The notes under the pieces are model-generated. The model ran no database searches and was not told the origin of the DNA. It worked only from the letters and a program-made list of their open reading frames with translations. A DNA stretch of 64,000 nucleotides from Candidatus Dormiibacterota bacterium (GTDB lineage: Bacteria; Chloroflexota; Dormibacteria; Aeolococcales; Aeolococcaceae): positions 1,609 to 65,608 of the forward strand of contig DATDID010000009.1 in assembly GCA_036521195.1 (NCBI GenBank). The letters are read 5' to 3'. The translations under genes were made by a program, and so were the position numbers. How positions within the stretch are numbered: the stretch's first letter is position 1; each line of letters starts with the position of its first letter. Below, one piece after another: positions 20,821 to 30,020 of the stretch.

Positions 20821-21752
20821 CCGTCACCGCGCACAGGGGAACGGCGTTCGGAACCCTCATGCAGGTGGTCGTCACCGATCCCGAGCACCTGGAGCGCGCA
20901 ACCTCGGCGGTGGAGCGCGTCGTCGACTCGATCGACCGCACGTGCAGCCGGTTCCGCGATGACAGCGAGCTCAGCATGTTGCTCGCAGGCAGTGGCCGCC
21001 ACGAGACGACGGTCTCGGCGGTGCTCGGTGAGGCGATCGCCACCGCGTTGCGTGCAGCCGAGCTCACCGACGGCGCTGTCGACCCCACGGTTGGAGGCGC
21101 GGTTCGCAACGCCGGCTATACGGTCGACTTCGGTGCGCTCGCCCCCGATGGCGCACCGATTTCCCTGACGGTCCACCCGGTCCCCGGCTGGCGCCGGATC
21201 ACGTATTCGCCGGCATCGAGAGTTGTCGAGATCCCCGCCGGCATCGAGGTCGACCTGGGTGCCACCGCGAAAGCGCTCGCCTCCGATCTCGCTGCCGAAG
21301 CGGCAAGCGTCGCGGTCGACGGTGGCGGTGTCCTCGTCAGCCTTGGCGGTGATGTGGCCGTCGCGGGTCTGCCACCGGACGAGGGCTGGCACGTGCAGAT
21401 TGCCGAGAACAGCCGGGCGCCGATCACGCGCGACGGCGAGACGATCGCGATCCGCTCAGGCGGTGTGGCGACCTCCAGCACGACGGTTCGCCGCTGGCGC
21501 CGCGGCGGCGTCGAGCTGCATCACATCATCGATCCGGCGACCGGGCTGCCGGCCATCGGTCCGTGGCGGACGGTGAGCGTCGTCGCCGGCAATTGCGTGG
21601 ACGCGAACATCGCGGCCACTGCGGCGATCGTCCGAGGCGTTGCGGCAATGGCCTGGCTCGAGTCGGCTGGGCTTCCGGCGCGACTTGTCGATCGATCCGG
21701 CGACGTCCGTCGGGTCGGCGGCTGGCCCCCCGCCAGTCCTCAGGCGTCCTGA
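20817..21752 (+). CDS. apbE: FAD:protein FMN transferase (ApbE family)
   Basis: Contains CSRFRDDSELSML and VDLGATAKALASD. ApbE length is about 310 aa. Confidence 0.85.
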   Translation: MTVTAHRGTAFGTLMQVVVTDPEHLERATSAVERVVDSIDRTCSRFRDDSELSMLLAGSGRHETTVSAVLGEAIATALRAAELTDGAVDPTVGGAVRNAGYTVDFGALAPDGAPISLTVHPVPGWRRITYSPASRVVEIPAGIEVDLGATAKALASDLAAEAASVAVDGGGVLVSLGGDVAVAGLPPDEGWHVQIAENSRAPITRDGETIAIRSGGVATSSTTVRRWRRGGVELHHIIDPATGLPAIGPWRTVSVVAGNCVDANIAATAAIVRGVAAMAWLESAGLPARLVDRSGDVRRVGGWPPASPQAS

Positions 21753-22540
21753 GCGATCAGCGCCTGCACTTCCCGCTGGTAGCGACGCGTGTCGTCGTAC
21801 ACACCGTGGGTCGCGACGCTCGCATCACCCTGGTAATACCCGGCGAGCGTCGCCGCGATATCGCCTTCGTGCTTGTTCATGAGGTGCCGCAGCAGCATCG
21901 CGCCCGCGACGACGTTGTCCTGCGCGCGCCAGATGTCGAGCTGTGTGCCCGCGATGTGGCGCGACACCCACTCACCGGTGAACGGCTCGATCTGCATCAC
22001 GCCGACGGCGCCGGTGGGGGACACCCGATCCTGGTGCCAGTTCGATTCCGCCCACGCGACCGCACGCAGGAGCCGCGCGTCCACGCCGACATCGGCAGCG
22101 ACGAAGCTGACGAGCGCGTTCATGCGCGGCAGGCGGCCCGGCACGACCATTTCGTCGCCTTCGGCGATGGGCGCATTGACCCCGATCCCGTTGGCGCGAG
22201 CGAGTGCGGTGGGATCGACACCGAAGCGTCGGGCTGTCTCGAAGACTCCCTCGCCGCGCCCCACGCGGTAGGTCTCGGAGTCCTCACCCCCGCGCGCATA
22301 CGCCGGCAATGCCAGTGACGCATCGGGGATCTGGAGCATCTGACCAACCTGCAGGAGGTCGGTCGGGGCAATCGCGTTGGCGTTCAGCAAGGCCGCCACG
22401 CTGGTGCCGTGACGGACCGCGATGTCCGACGCCGTGTCCCCGGGGCGAACGATGTATGAGCTCGCGAAGACCGCGGAGGGGATGGTTGCCACGGCGGTCG
22501 CGCCGAGCGCTGCTGCGGCAAAACGAGATTTCGTCGGCAT
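21740..22540 (-). CDS. LysM-domain lytic transglycosylase (SLT domain)
   Basis: ATG 22540 follows GAGGAA. A signal-like N-terminus, two LysM repeats (YIVRPGDTASDIA..., YRVGRGEGVFETA...), and an SLT core AWAESNWHQD...GAVGVMQI. Confidence 0.85.
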   Translation of the reverse strand: MPTKSRFAAAALGATAVATIPSAVFASSYIVRPGDTASDIAVRHGTSVAALLNANAIAPTDLLQVGQMLQIPDASLALPAYARGGEDSETYRVGRGEGVFETARRFGVDPTALARANGIGVNAPIAEGDEMVVPGRLPRMNALVSFVAADVGVDARLLRAVAWAESNWHQDRVSPTGAVGVMQIEPFTGEWVSRHIAGTQLDIWRAQDNVVAGAMLLRHLMNKHEGDIAATLAGYYQGDASVATHGVYDDTRRYQREVQALIAQDA

Positions 22541-22731
22541 CCGGGTTCCTCGTGTAGTGAGACGTTGGGGGGATGGGGGAACCGGTCGCCCGTTGGCGAC
22601 CAGCGCAGCGTAGGCACACCCGATCGCTGGCGTCAAGCTTTGGCGGTCGCCGTAACGGTTTCGTCACAACGGAGTCGTCTCCGTGTGAACTTTCGTCGAA
22701 CCGACGTGAGTGCTACGCTGGCCGTAAAGCC

Positions 22732-23085
22732 ATGCGACTCCCGAGCCTGCCTCGCACCTCGCTACCGACCACACTGGTGGCGGCGACGTGCGGTGTCGGC
22801 CTCGGATTGATCACATTCGTGCTCGCCGCGTGGCTGCACAGCGTCGGCGCAAATGGAGCTGCCTCGATGCTTTCTGAAGCCGCACTGCTCGCCGCACTCG
22901 CGTGCGTCGCCGGCTTCGCGTTCTTCGGCGGCAACGTGCGCCTTCGCGGTGCGCGCGTCCCCATCAATCGCGCGCTTCCTCCGTCCTGGTGGCCGCGTGA
23001 GGCGGATTCCGTGTCGCTGCTCGCTGCCTGCGTCGGTGCTCCGCTGGTGATCGGCGCCGGCGCCGCGGTCCTGCTCTTCCGCTAG
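22732..23085 (+). CDS. hypothetical small membrane protein
   Basis: 117 aa with three or four hydrophobic segments and good GC3. I recognise no family. Confidence 0.5.
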   Translation: MRLPSLPRTSLPTTLVAATCGVGLGLITFVLAAWLHSVGANGAASMLSEAALLAALACVAGFAFFGGNVRLRGARVPINRALPPSWWPREADSVSLLAACVGAPLVIGAGAAVLLFR

Positions 23086-24167
23086 ACCCGCGGCCCCTCT
23101 GCGAACTGGGCGATGGCCCAGGAAGCGGCCTCGCGGACGACGGGATCCGGATCATCTTCCGCACTGCGCTGTAGCGCGGGAAGCGCGCGTCGATCGCCCG
23201 CATTGCCGAGGGCGATCGCGCAGTTGCGTGCGAGCCCGGCTCGGCCCGTTCTCCATACGGCAGTTCGCCGGAAACGCGCGGCGAATGCCTCGTCACTGAG
23301 CTCGAGGCACTCGACAAGGTCTGGATTCGGCACCGGACCATGCGCAGTCGTGGACGATCCCGCCCCGAGTGGCGCAGGGGCGAGGCGGTGGTTGATCGGG
23401 CACGCTTCCTGACAGAGGTCGCAGCCGAAGGCCCAGGTGCCCATGAGCGGACGCAGGTCCATGGGAATCGCTCCGCGATGCTCGATGGTGAGGTACGAGA
23501 TGCAGCGCCGAGCGTCGATCACGCCCGGTGCGGTGATTGCTCCCGTCGGGCAGGCGGGAAGGCATTCGCGGCACTGTCCGCATCCACGCCGCGACGGAGC
23601 GTCAACAGGCAGCAGCACCGACACCGCGATGCCGGCAAGCATCACGTACGACCCGGCTTCCCGCGTGATCACCGAGGCGTGCTTGCCCGCGAATCCGATC
23701 CCGGCGCGCTCGGCGATGGGCCGGTCGAGTGCCCAACCATGATCGATGAACCGTTTGGCCTCGAGGGTGTCGACTCGCTCACGCAGCCACCCGACCAGCG
23801 CATCGCAGCGATCGGCAAGCAGATCGTGGTAGTCGATAGCTCCTCCGCCGCCGTCCATGCATGCGTAGGCGGCAAACCGCCCGCGCACCGGACCCTCGGA
23901 GCCCGGTTCAGCGGCGCGGACGGGGCGATACGGCCAGGCCAGCGCGATGATCGAGCGCGCCCACGGATACCGCGCGCCGATATCCGCCGACGCCTCGACG
24001 CGCTCGCGCGTGTACCAGGGCATGCCGTCCATCCGCCCGGCGTCGATCGCTGCGAGCCCTCGATCCCGCGCCTCGGCGAAGGGTCGGGCCGAGGTCACCC
24101 CGCTGGCCGAGAACCCGAGGCGGCGCGCTTCGTCGCCGAGCTCGGCCTTCAGCCTCACGCCGTCCAT
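23082..24167 (-). CDS. queG: tRNA epoxyqueuosine(34) reductase
   Basis: Contains CGQCRECLPACPTGAI, CISYLTIEH and GCDLCQEACPIN, plus a C-terminal HEAT-like ALGNAGD...DPDPVVREAASWA. Confidence 0.9.
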   Translation of the reverse strand: MDGVRLKAELGDEARRLGFSASGVTSARPFAEARDRGLAAIDAGRMDGMPWYTRERVEASADIGARYPWARSIIALAWPYRPVRAAEPGSEGPVRGRFAAYACMDGGGGAIDYHDLLADRCDALVGWLRERVDTLEAKRFIDHGWALDRPIAERAGIGFAGKHASVITREAGSYVMLAGIAVSVLLPVDAPSRRGCGQCRECLPACPTGAITAPGVIDARRCISYLTIEHRGAIPMDLRPLMGTWAFGCDLCQEACPINHRLAPAPLGAGSSTTAHGPVPNPDLVECLELSDEAFAARFRRTAVWRTGRAGLARNCAIALGNAGDRRALPALQRSAEDDPDPVVREAASWAIAQFAEGPRV

Positions 24168-24209
24168 GCCTCGATGGTGTCACGCGGCCCGACACCGTAG
24201 GATCGAGAC

Positions 24210-25487
24210 ATGGCGCGCCTGCTGTGCATCATGGGCTCCGGTGAGACCACGCCCACGATGGTGTCCGTCCACGCGGACCTGTTGACGAGGCTGGGACCTC
24301 GTCCAGTCCCCGCCGTGCTCCTCGATACGCCGTTCGGCTTCCAGGAAAACGCCGCTGACATCAGCGAGAAGACCGTTGCGTACTTTCGCGAGCGGGTCGG
24401 CTTCCCGATCGCGGTGGCGACGTTCCGCAACCGCGAGGAGGCGACGCCGCTCGAGTACGAGACCATGCTCTCCCGAGTCGCCGAGGCGCGCTATGTGTTC
24501 GCCGGACCCGGGAGCCCGAGCTATGCACTCCGGCAGTGGCGGGACACCGCAGTTCCCGAGCTGCTCAACGCGAAGTTGCGCGAGGGCGGATGCGTCACGC
24601 TCGCCAGCGCTGCCGCCGTCGGTGTCGGGATGTTCGCCCTTCCGGTGTACGAGGTCTACAAGGTTGGCGAGGACCCGCGCTGGCTCGAAGGACTCGACCT
24701 GCTCGGCATCACCGGGCTTCGCGTCGCCGTCGTCCCCCACTACAACAACGCCGAGGGCGGCACGCACGACACCCGGTACTGCTACATGGGCGAGCGCCGG
24801 CTGCGCATGCTCGAGACCCTGCTTCCCGAGGATGTCGACATCCTCGGCGTCGACGAGCACACCGCGGCGATCGTCGACCTCGATGCCGGAACGGTGTCCA
24901 TCCGAGGACGCGGTGGACTCACCCTGCGCCGCCGGGGGAAGTCACAGCGATTCGAGAACGGCACGACGCTCGCGATCAGCGACCTCGCGCGCGATTCGCA
25001 CGGCTCAGGCGACGGATCCGCGGCGTCATCCGACGTCGCCGCACCCGGCGTTGAAACGTCCCTGGCGCCCCCGGCACCCGGGGTGTCGCCGTTCCTCCAG
25101 GAGGTCACGCGGCAATCCGAGCTCGCCGACAGCGCGCTCGCCGGTCGCGACGTCGACGGCGCGGTCGGCGCGGTGCTCGCCATCGACTCGCAGATGCACG
25201 AGTGGGAGGCGGACACGCTCGATTCGGACGAGCAGGACCGTGCGCGAGAGGTGCTGCGGCGATACGTCGTCCGCCTTGGGGACCTGGCTCGCAGCGGAGC
25301 GGGCGACCCTCGCGACCTGATCGCCCCAGTCGTGGACGGCATTCTCGAGCTGCGTGTTCAGATGCGCGCCGCCGGCGAATATGCGCTTGCCGACAAGTTG
25401 CGCGACGCACTCGTCGATGCCGGCATCGAGGTGCGTGACACGCCCGAGGGATCGACCTGGGAGCTTGCTGTCACGACGCCAGCCTGA
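24210..25487 (+). CDS. conserved hypothetical protein: GATase1/S51-like N-terminal fold plus CysRS-type C-terminal tail
   Basis: The N-terminus LLCIMGSGETTP...YVFAGPGSPSY...HYNNAEGG resembles class-I amidotransferase/S51 folds. The C-terminus ELRVQMRAAGEYALADKLRDALVDAGIEVRDTPEGSTWEL resembles the extreme C-terminus of cysteinyl-tRNA synthetases. Confidence 0.55.
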   Translation: MARLLCIMGSGETTPTMVSVHADLLTRLGPRPVPAVLLDTPFGFQENAADISEKTVAYFRERVGFPIAVATFRNREEATPLEYETMLSRVAEARYVFAGPGSPSYALRQWRDTAVPELLNAKLREGGCVTLASAAAVGVGMFALPVYEVYKVGEDPRWLEGLDLLGITGLRVAVVPHYNNAEGGTHDTRYCYMGERRLRMLETLLPEDVDILGVDEHTAAIVDLDAGTVSIRGRGGLTLRRRGKSQRFENGTTLAISDLARDSHGSGDGSAASSDVAAPGVETSLAPPAPGVSPFLQEVTRQSELADSALAGRDVDGAVGAVLAIDSQMHEWEADTLDSDEQDRAREVLRRYVVRLGDLARSGAGDPRDLIAPVVDGILELRVQMRAAGEYALADKLRDALVDAGIEVRDTPEGSTWELAVTTPA

Positions 25488-25494
25488 CGCAGGG

Positions 25495-27831
25495 TCAGGC
25501 GGTGGCTTCGCCGGGCGCCGACGTGTCGAGTACCGGTTCCTCGGGGCGGCCAAGCCAGTAGCCCTGACCGGCGGTCACACCGAGCGCAGTCAGCTGGTCA
25601 GCGGTCGCCTCGTCCTCGATGCCCTCAGCGATGACGCACGAGCCGGAGCTGCGCGCGTATGCCACGGTCGCCTCGATGACGGCGCGAGCTCCGCGCTCGC
25701 CCCAGTCCTGCGTGATGCTCTTCGCGACCTTCACGTACTCGGGCACCGCAGCGGCAAGCAGCTCGAGCGTCGAGTGGCCTTCGCCGATGTCGTCCAGCGC
25801 AAAGCGGAAACCGTGCTCTCGATAGCTCGCGAGCACGAAGCGCAGGCGCTGTTTGTCAGCGATCGACTCGCGCTCGGTGATCTCCAGCACCATCGTCTCC
25901 GGACTCCGTTCCGCCCATCGCGCGAGCAAGAGCATGTGGTCGACCGGGTGAATGGGATCGAGCAGCATCGCCGCGGAGACATTGAGGAAGAGCGGCGCGT
26001 CGTCCGGCAGCGCCGATGCGGCTGACATCGCGATCCTGCGGCAGATCCAGTCGACCTCCTTGGTGACGCCGCGCCGGTGCGCGAGCGCAAAGACATCCTC
26101 GACGCCGTCGAGTGGATCGCGCAGGCCGGGAACGCGCGCGAGCGCCTCATAGCCGAGCACCTTGTGGTCGGTGAGGCGGACGATCGGCTGGAACGTCGCC
26201 CGGATGACGCGTCGCTTGCTGAGAATCGCGTCGAGCATGGCTCCCGCGTCGCTGCCGCCGTTGAGCAGGCTCGGCAGCGAGCGCTCACCGGCGACGACCA
26301 CCCGATCACGACCCTCGTGCTTCGCGCGCGAGAGCGCCTCATCCGCCGCCAGCCACAACGCGTGCACACCGCCGGCTCCCGCGGCGACGCCGGCGCTGAT
26401 TCGCGCCTTGCCATGCGGCAACGCAACGCCGTGCAGTGACAGGCGCATCCTCTCGGCGATCGCGATCGCCTCCTCCTCGCTGGTTGCGTCCATGATTGAC
26501 ACAAACTCGTCGCCGCCGATGCGGAGGAGCTGATCGCCTGCGCGGAGCTGGGCACGGAGCGTGCGGGCCACCTCGACGAGCAGCATGTCGCCCGCCTCAT
26601 GGCCGAACTCGTCGTTGAGCGGCTTCAGATGGTCGACGTCAATCGCGACGACCGCCGTGGCGAGCGCCATCTCACCGAGGCGTTCCTCGAACGCGCGCCG
26701 GTTGCCGACCTTCGTCAGCGGATCCGTCGTGGCATGCATCGCCTTCTCCTCGAAGAGGCCCGCGCGCGCGACTGCGACCGCGGCCTCATCGGCGATTGCC
26801 TGGACCACGGTCAGGTCGTCGAGATCCCACGTGCCGCGTCGCGCATGCGAGATCAGCGCAAGGACGCCGATCACGCGGCCGCCGGTGGCACGGAGCGGTG
26901 CCGCGACAAAGCTGCGCGAGCGACGCCCGCCGCCGAGGCTTTCGAGCTCCTCGAGACGCGAGTCGGGCATCCCGGCATAGGCCTGCCTGATGTCGCGTGG
27001 TGTGCGCAGAAGGCACGCGTCGCCGGTCGAGTACACACGTCCGATGACCCCTTCGCCGGCGCCCATCGTGACGAGCGGGCCGGCTGCCGGCGTCACGCCA
27101 CCGGGGCCGAGGATGAGCGGGAGAGTCGCGAGCGCGCCCGAGTCGGTGTCGAAGAGCAGGACCCGGCCCCAGGTCGCGTCCGGGTACGCCTCATGGCATC
27201 CGCTGAGCACAGCGGCCGCAACCCCACCCGAATCGGTGGTGAGCCCAAGCCGTTGCGCGACGTCGGCCACGGCTCGTAGCCGTCGCGACTGCGCTTGATA
27301 GTGACGCTCGGTCAGCGACCAGTTCGAATACGCAAGGACGGTGACGCCGACGAGCAGCGCGTCGATCTGAATCAACTCCTTGAACCCGCTGCCCGCAATC
27401 ATCCCGGACCACCACCAGACACCGGCAAGTCCGGCCAACGATGCCAGCAGGACCGTCCAGAGCGCGATGGGCCGGGCTGACGGGTCGACGGTCAGCAGCA
27501 CCGCGACGAACCCGAGCACGATCAGTGGCACCGGATGTGCGAGGCGAGGCGCTGCGAGCCCGAGGATGATCGTGCAGAGCGCGACGCTCGTCAGGCCCTG
27601 GACCAACGCCGCGGTCGACGCGCTGACGCGTGCCGCGTGACGCAACCGGATCGTGACCTCGAGCATGACGGCAGCCACGACCACGACCTCGATCTCCACC
27701 AGCATCACTCGCGGCGGCAGAGCGGAGTCGACCAGCTGCCACCCGGTGATGCCGAGCAGCACGCCTGTCGCAAGTAGTGGCAGCCAGCGCCGGGCGGCGC
27801 TCTCGGTATGCATAACCCTCTCGGGTCCCAA
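25495..27831 (-). CDS. membrane-bound GAF-GGDEF-EAL protein (c-di-GMP turnover)
   Basis: A polytopic N-terminus, a GAF-like middle, RIGGDEFVSIM, then EAL-domain motifs GYEALARV, FALDDIGEGHS and EGIEDE. Confidence 0.9.
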   Translation of the reverse strand: MGPERVMHTESAARRWLPLLATGVLLGITGWQLVDSALPPRVMLVEIEVVVVAAVMLEVTIRLRHAARVSASTAALVQGLTSVALCTIILGLAAPRLAHPVPLIVLGFVAVLLTVDPSARPIALWTVLLASLAGLAGVWWWSGMIAGSGFKELIQIDALLVGVTVLAYSNWSLTERHYQAQSRRLRAVADVAQRLGLTTDSGGVAAAVLSGCHEAYPDATWGRVLLFDTDSGALATLPLILGPGGVTPAAGPLVTMGAGEGVIGRVYSTGDACLLRTPRDIRQAYAGMPDSRLEELESLGGGRRSRSFVAAPLRATGGRVIGVLALISHARRGTWDLDDLTVVQAIADEAAVAVARAGLFEEKAMHATTDPLTKVGNRRAFEERLGEMALATAVVAIDVDHLKPLNDEFGHEAGDMLLVEVARTLRAQLRAGDQLLRIGGDEFVSIMDATSEEEAIAIAERMRLSLHGVALPHGKARISAGVAAGAGGVHALWLAADEALSRAKHEGRDRVVVAGERSLPSLLNGGSDAGAMLDAILSKRRVIRATFQPIVRLTDHKVLGYEALARVPGLRDPLDGVEDVFALAHRRGVTKEVDWICRRIAMSAASALPDDAPLFLNVSAAMLLDPIHPVDHMLLLARWAERSPETMVLEITERESIADKQRLRFVLASYREHGFRFALDDIGEGHSTLELLAAAVPEYVKVAKSITQDWGERGARAVIEATVAYARSSGSCVIAEGIEDEATADQLTALGVTAGQGYWLGRPEEPVLDTSAPGEATA

Positions 27832-27893
27832 GCGTAGTCGGCAGCGTCCGGCAGGATTGACGCGTTACGCGCTTGTGTCGAGTTCCTCTGAGA

Positions 27894-28319
27894 TCAGGAA
27901 CTCCCGACAGCCACCGTTCCGGTGAGTGCGGCGCCGATCGTGCGTCTCCCATCCATCGGGGACAGGACCACCTGCGCGCTCCCGGCATCTCCCGCCGCGA
28001 AGAACAGCTGCACGGGTGCGCTGGACTGGCTGGTCAGCTCGCCGCCGCACGCCTTGCCGTCGACGAACGGCTCCTTGTCGACGTTCTGGAAGATCGCGTC
28101 CACCGGCATCAACGGCCCCTGGATCACGGCGCTGACGCAGAGTTGACCCACAACCGAGAAGCCTGTGTTGTCGATGGAGACGTCGATCTCCACCTGCTTG
28201 CCGGCCGGCGTCGACGCCGGGATCACGCCGCTCAGGTCCGCCATCGCATTGCCGGAGGTCGCGAACAGCGGGGCGACCACCCCGAGAAACAACCCCACCA
28301 GAACGGCACCCGCCACCAC
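27894..28319 (-). CDS. hypothetical membrane-anchored protein
   Basis: GTG start, one N-terminal TM helix (AGAVLVGLFLGVVAPLF), then a roughly 110-aa beta-rich-looking domain. No family recognised. Confidence 0.5.
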   Translation of the reverse strand: MVAGAVLVGLFLGVVAPLFATSGNAMADLSGVIPASTPAGKQVEIDVSIDNTGFSVVGQLCVSAVIQGPLMPVDAIFQNVDKEPFVDGKACGGELTSQSSAPVQLFFAAGDAGSAQVVLSPMDGRRTIGAALTGTVAVGSS

Positions 28320-28390
28320 GAGGAAGACGATCCTTGGATTGCCCTGGATCCAGCGCTTGATAGCTGCGATGACGCTTTCTCTGCCCTCGT

Positions 28391-29995
28391 CTAGATCGTT
28401 GCCGGCGGGCGGTACTCGCCGAACACGGTACGCAACGACCCGCAGATCTCGCCCAGCGTCGCCTCCGTGCGGACCGCGTCGATGATGCGCGGCATGAGCG
28501 GCGCATCCGAGCTCGCCGCCTCGTGGATTGCCTCGAGCGACGCCTCGACGCTGACCGCGTCCCGGAGCGACCGGTGCTGGGCAAGCCGCTCTGCCTGGTC
28601 CGCCATGACTCGCTCGTCGGGCCGGAACAGCAGTGGCGCGCCTTTCTCCTCGGTCTCGGTATGTCGGTTCACGCCGACGATCACCTTGTCGCCGGCAGCG
28701 ATCGCGCGCTCGGTGCGGTACGCCTCGTCCTGGATGAGCTGCTGCATCCAGCCCGACTCGATACAGGCGACCGCACCTCCGCGGGCATCGACCTCGGCGA
28801 GCAGCTCCAGCGCTCGGCGCTCGAGCTCATCGGTGAGCCACTCCACGTGGTACGAGCCCGCGAGCGGGTCGACGGTGTTGGTGACTCCCGTCTCCTCCGC
28901 GATGATCTGCTGCGTGCGCACCGCAATGCGCTGCGCCTTCTCCGTCGGGATCGAGAGCGCCTCGTCGTAGCACGAGAGCGCGAGCGACTGGACGCCGCCG
29001 AGCACCGCGGCGAGCGCCTCGATCGCCGCGCGCACGATGTTGTTCTCCGGTTGTTGTGCCGTGAGTGTCGAGCCACCGGTCTGCGTGTGCGTCCGCAGCA
29101 TCAGCGACCGCGGATCGCGTGCGCCGAAACGCTCGGCCATGACGCGCGCCCACATCCGTCGCAGCGCGCGGTACTTGGCGATCTCCTCGAAGAAATCAAT
29201 GTGCGTGTTGAAGATCCACGACAGCTTCGGCGCGAAATCGTCGACATCGACGCCTCGCGCAACGGACGCCTCGACGTACGCGATGGCGTTGGCGATCGCG
29301 AATGCCATCTCCTGCACAGCGGTGCTGCCCGCCTCACGGATGTGATACCCGGACAGTGAGATCGGATTGAATTTCGGTGCGTGCGCCGTGCACCACGCGA
29401 TGAGATCCGCAGCGAGTAGCAACGACGGGCGCGGCGGATAGATGAAAGTACCCCGAGCGATGTACTCCTTGAGGACATCGTTCTGCACCGTTCCCATGAT
29501 CGAATCCGCGTCGACACCCTGACGCTCAGCTGCGACCGCGTACATCGCGACGAGCACCGGCGCCGGTGCGTTGATCGTCATCGACGTGCTCACGTCGCTC
29601 AGCGAAATGTCCGCGAAGAGGTCCTGCATGTCGCGCACCGAGTCGATGGCGACGCCGACCTGCCCCACCTCACCCGCGCTCCGCGGATCGTCGCTGTCGA
29701 GCCCCATCTGTGTCGGCAGATCGAAGGCAACCGACAATCCCGGCTGCCCCTGCGCCAGCAGGTAGCGAAAGCGCGCGTTGGCGTCGGTGGCCGTGCCGAA
29801 ACCCGCGTACTGGCGAATGCTCCAGAGACGCCCCCGGTACATCGTCGGCTGGATGCCGCGCGTGAACGGGGGCTGACCGGGCAGGCCCTCGTCGCGGACG
29901 GCGTCATGTCCGGCGAGGTCTTCGGGGGTGTACAGCGGTGCGATGGGGATGCCGCTGCCGGTTTCGAAGTGTTCCTTACGCTTGCCGTGCGCCAT
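28391..29995 (-). CDS. methylmalonyl-CoA mutase family large (catalytic) subunit, no B12-binding domain in this ORF
   Basis: ATG 29995 gives MAHGKRKEHFETGSGIPI.... Contains FTRGIQPTMYRGRLWSIRQYAGFGTA and GLSVAFDLPTQMG. Confidence 0.88.
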   Translation of the reverse strand: MAHGKRKEHFETGSGIPIAPLYTPEDLAGHDAVRDEGLPGQPPFTRGIQPTMYRGRLWSIRQYAGFGTATDANARFRYLLAQGQPGLSVAFDLPTQMGLDSDDPRSAGEVGQVGVAIDSVRDMQDLFADISLSDVSTSMTINAPAPVLVAMYAVAAERQGVDADSIMGTVQNDVLKEYIARGTFIYPPRPSLLLAADLIAWCTAHAPKFNPISLSGYHIREAGSTAVQEMAFAIANAIAYVEASVARGVDVDDFAPKLSWIFNTHIDFFEEIAKYRALRRMWARVMAERFGARDPRSLMLRTHTQTGGSTLTAQQPENNIVRAAIEALAAVLGGVQSLALSCYDEALSIPTEKAQRIAVRTQQIIAEETGVTNTVDPLAGSYHVEWLTDELERRALELLAEVDARGGAVACIESGWMQQLIQDEAYRTERAIAAGDKVIVGVNRHTETEEKGAPLLFRPDERVMADQAERLAQHRSLRDAVSVEASLEAIHEAASSDAPLMPRIIDAVRTEATLGEICGSLRTVFGEYRPPATI

Positions 29996-30020
29996 CAAGG
30001 CAGCATATACACTCCCCCCG

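Noticed and set aside
22541-22731. A ydaO-type (c-di-AMP) riboswitch upstream of the LysM-SLT gene.
   Set aside because: I expected it from the gene class, but I could not find the conserved ACAGCUAACCUCGUA-like core or the paired GGGGA/GAAUC elements I remember. I report only a generic structured leader. An Infernal scan is needed.
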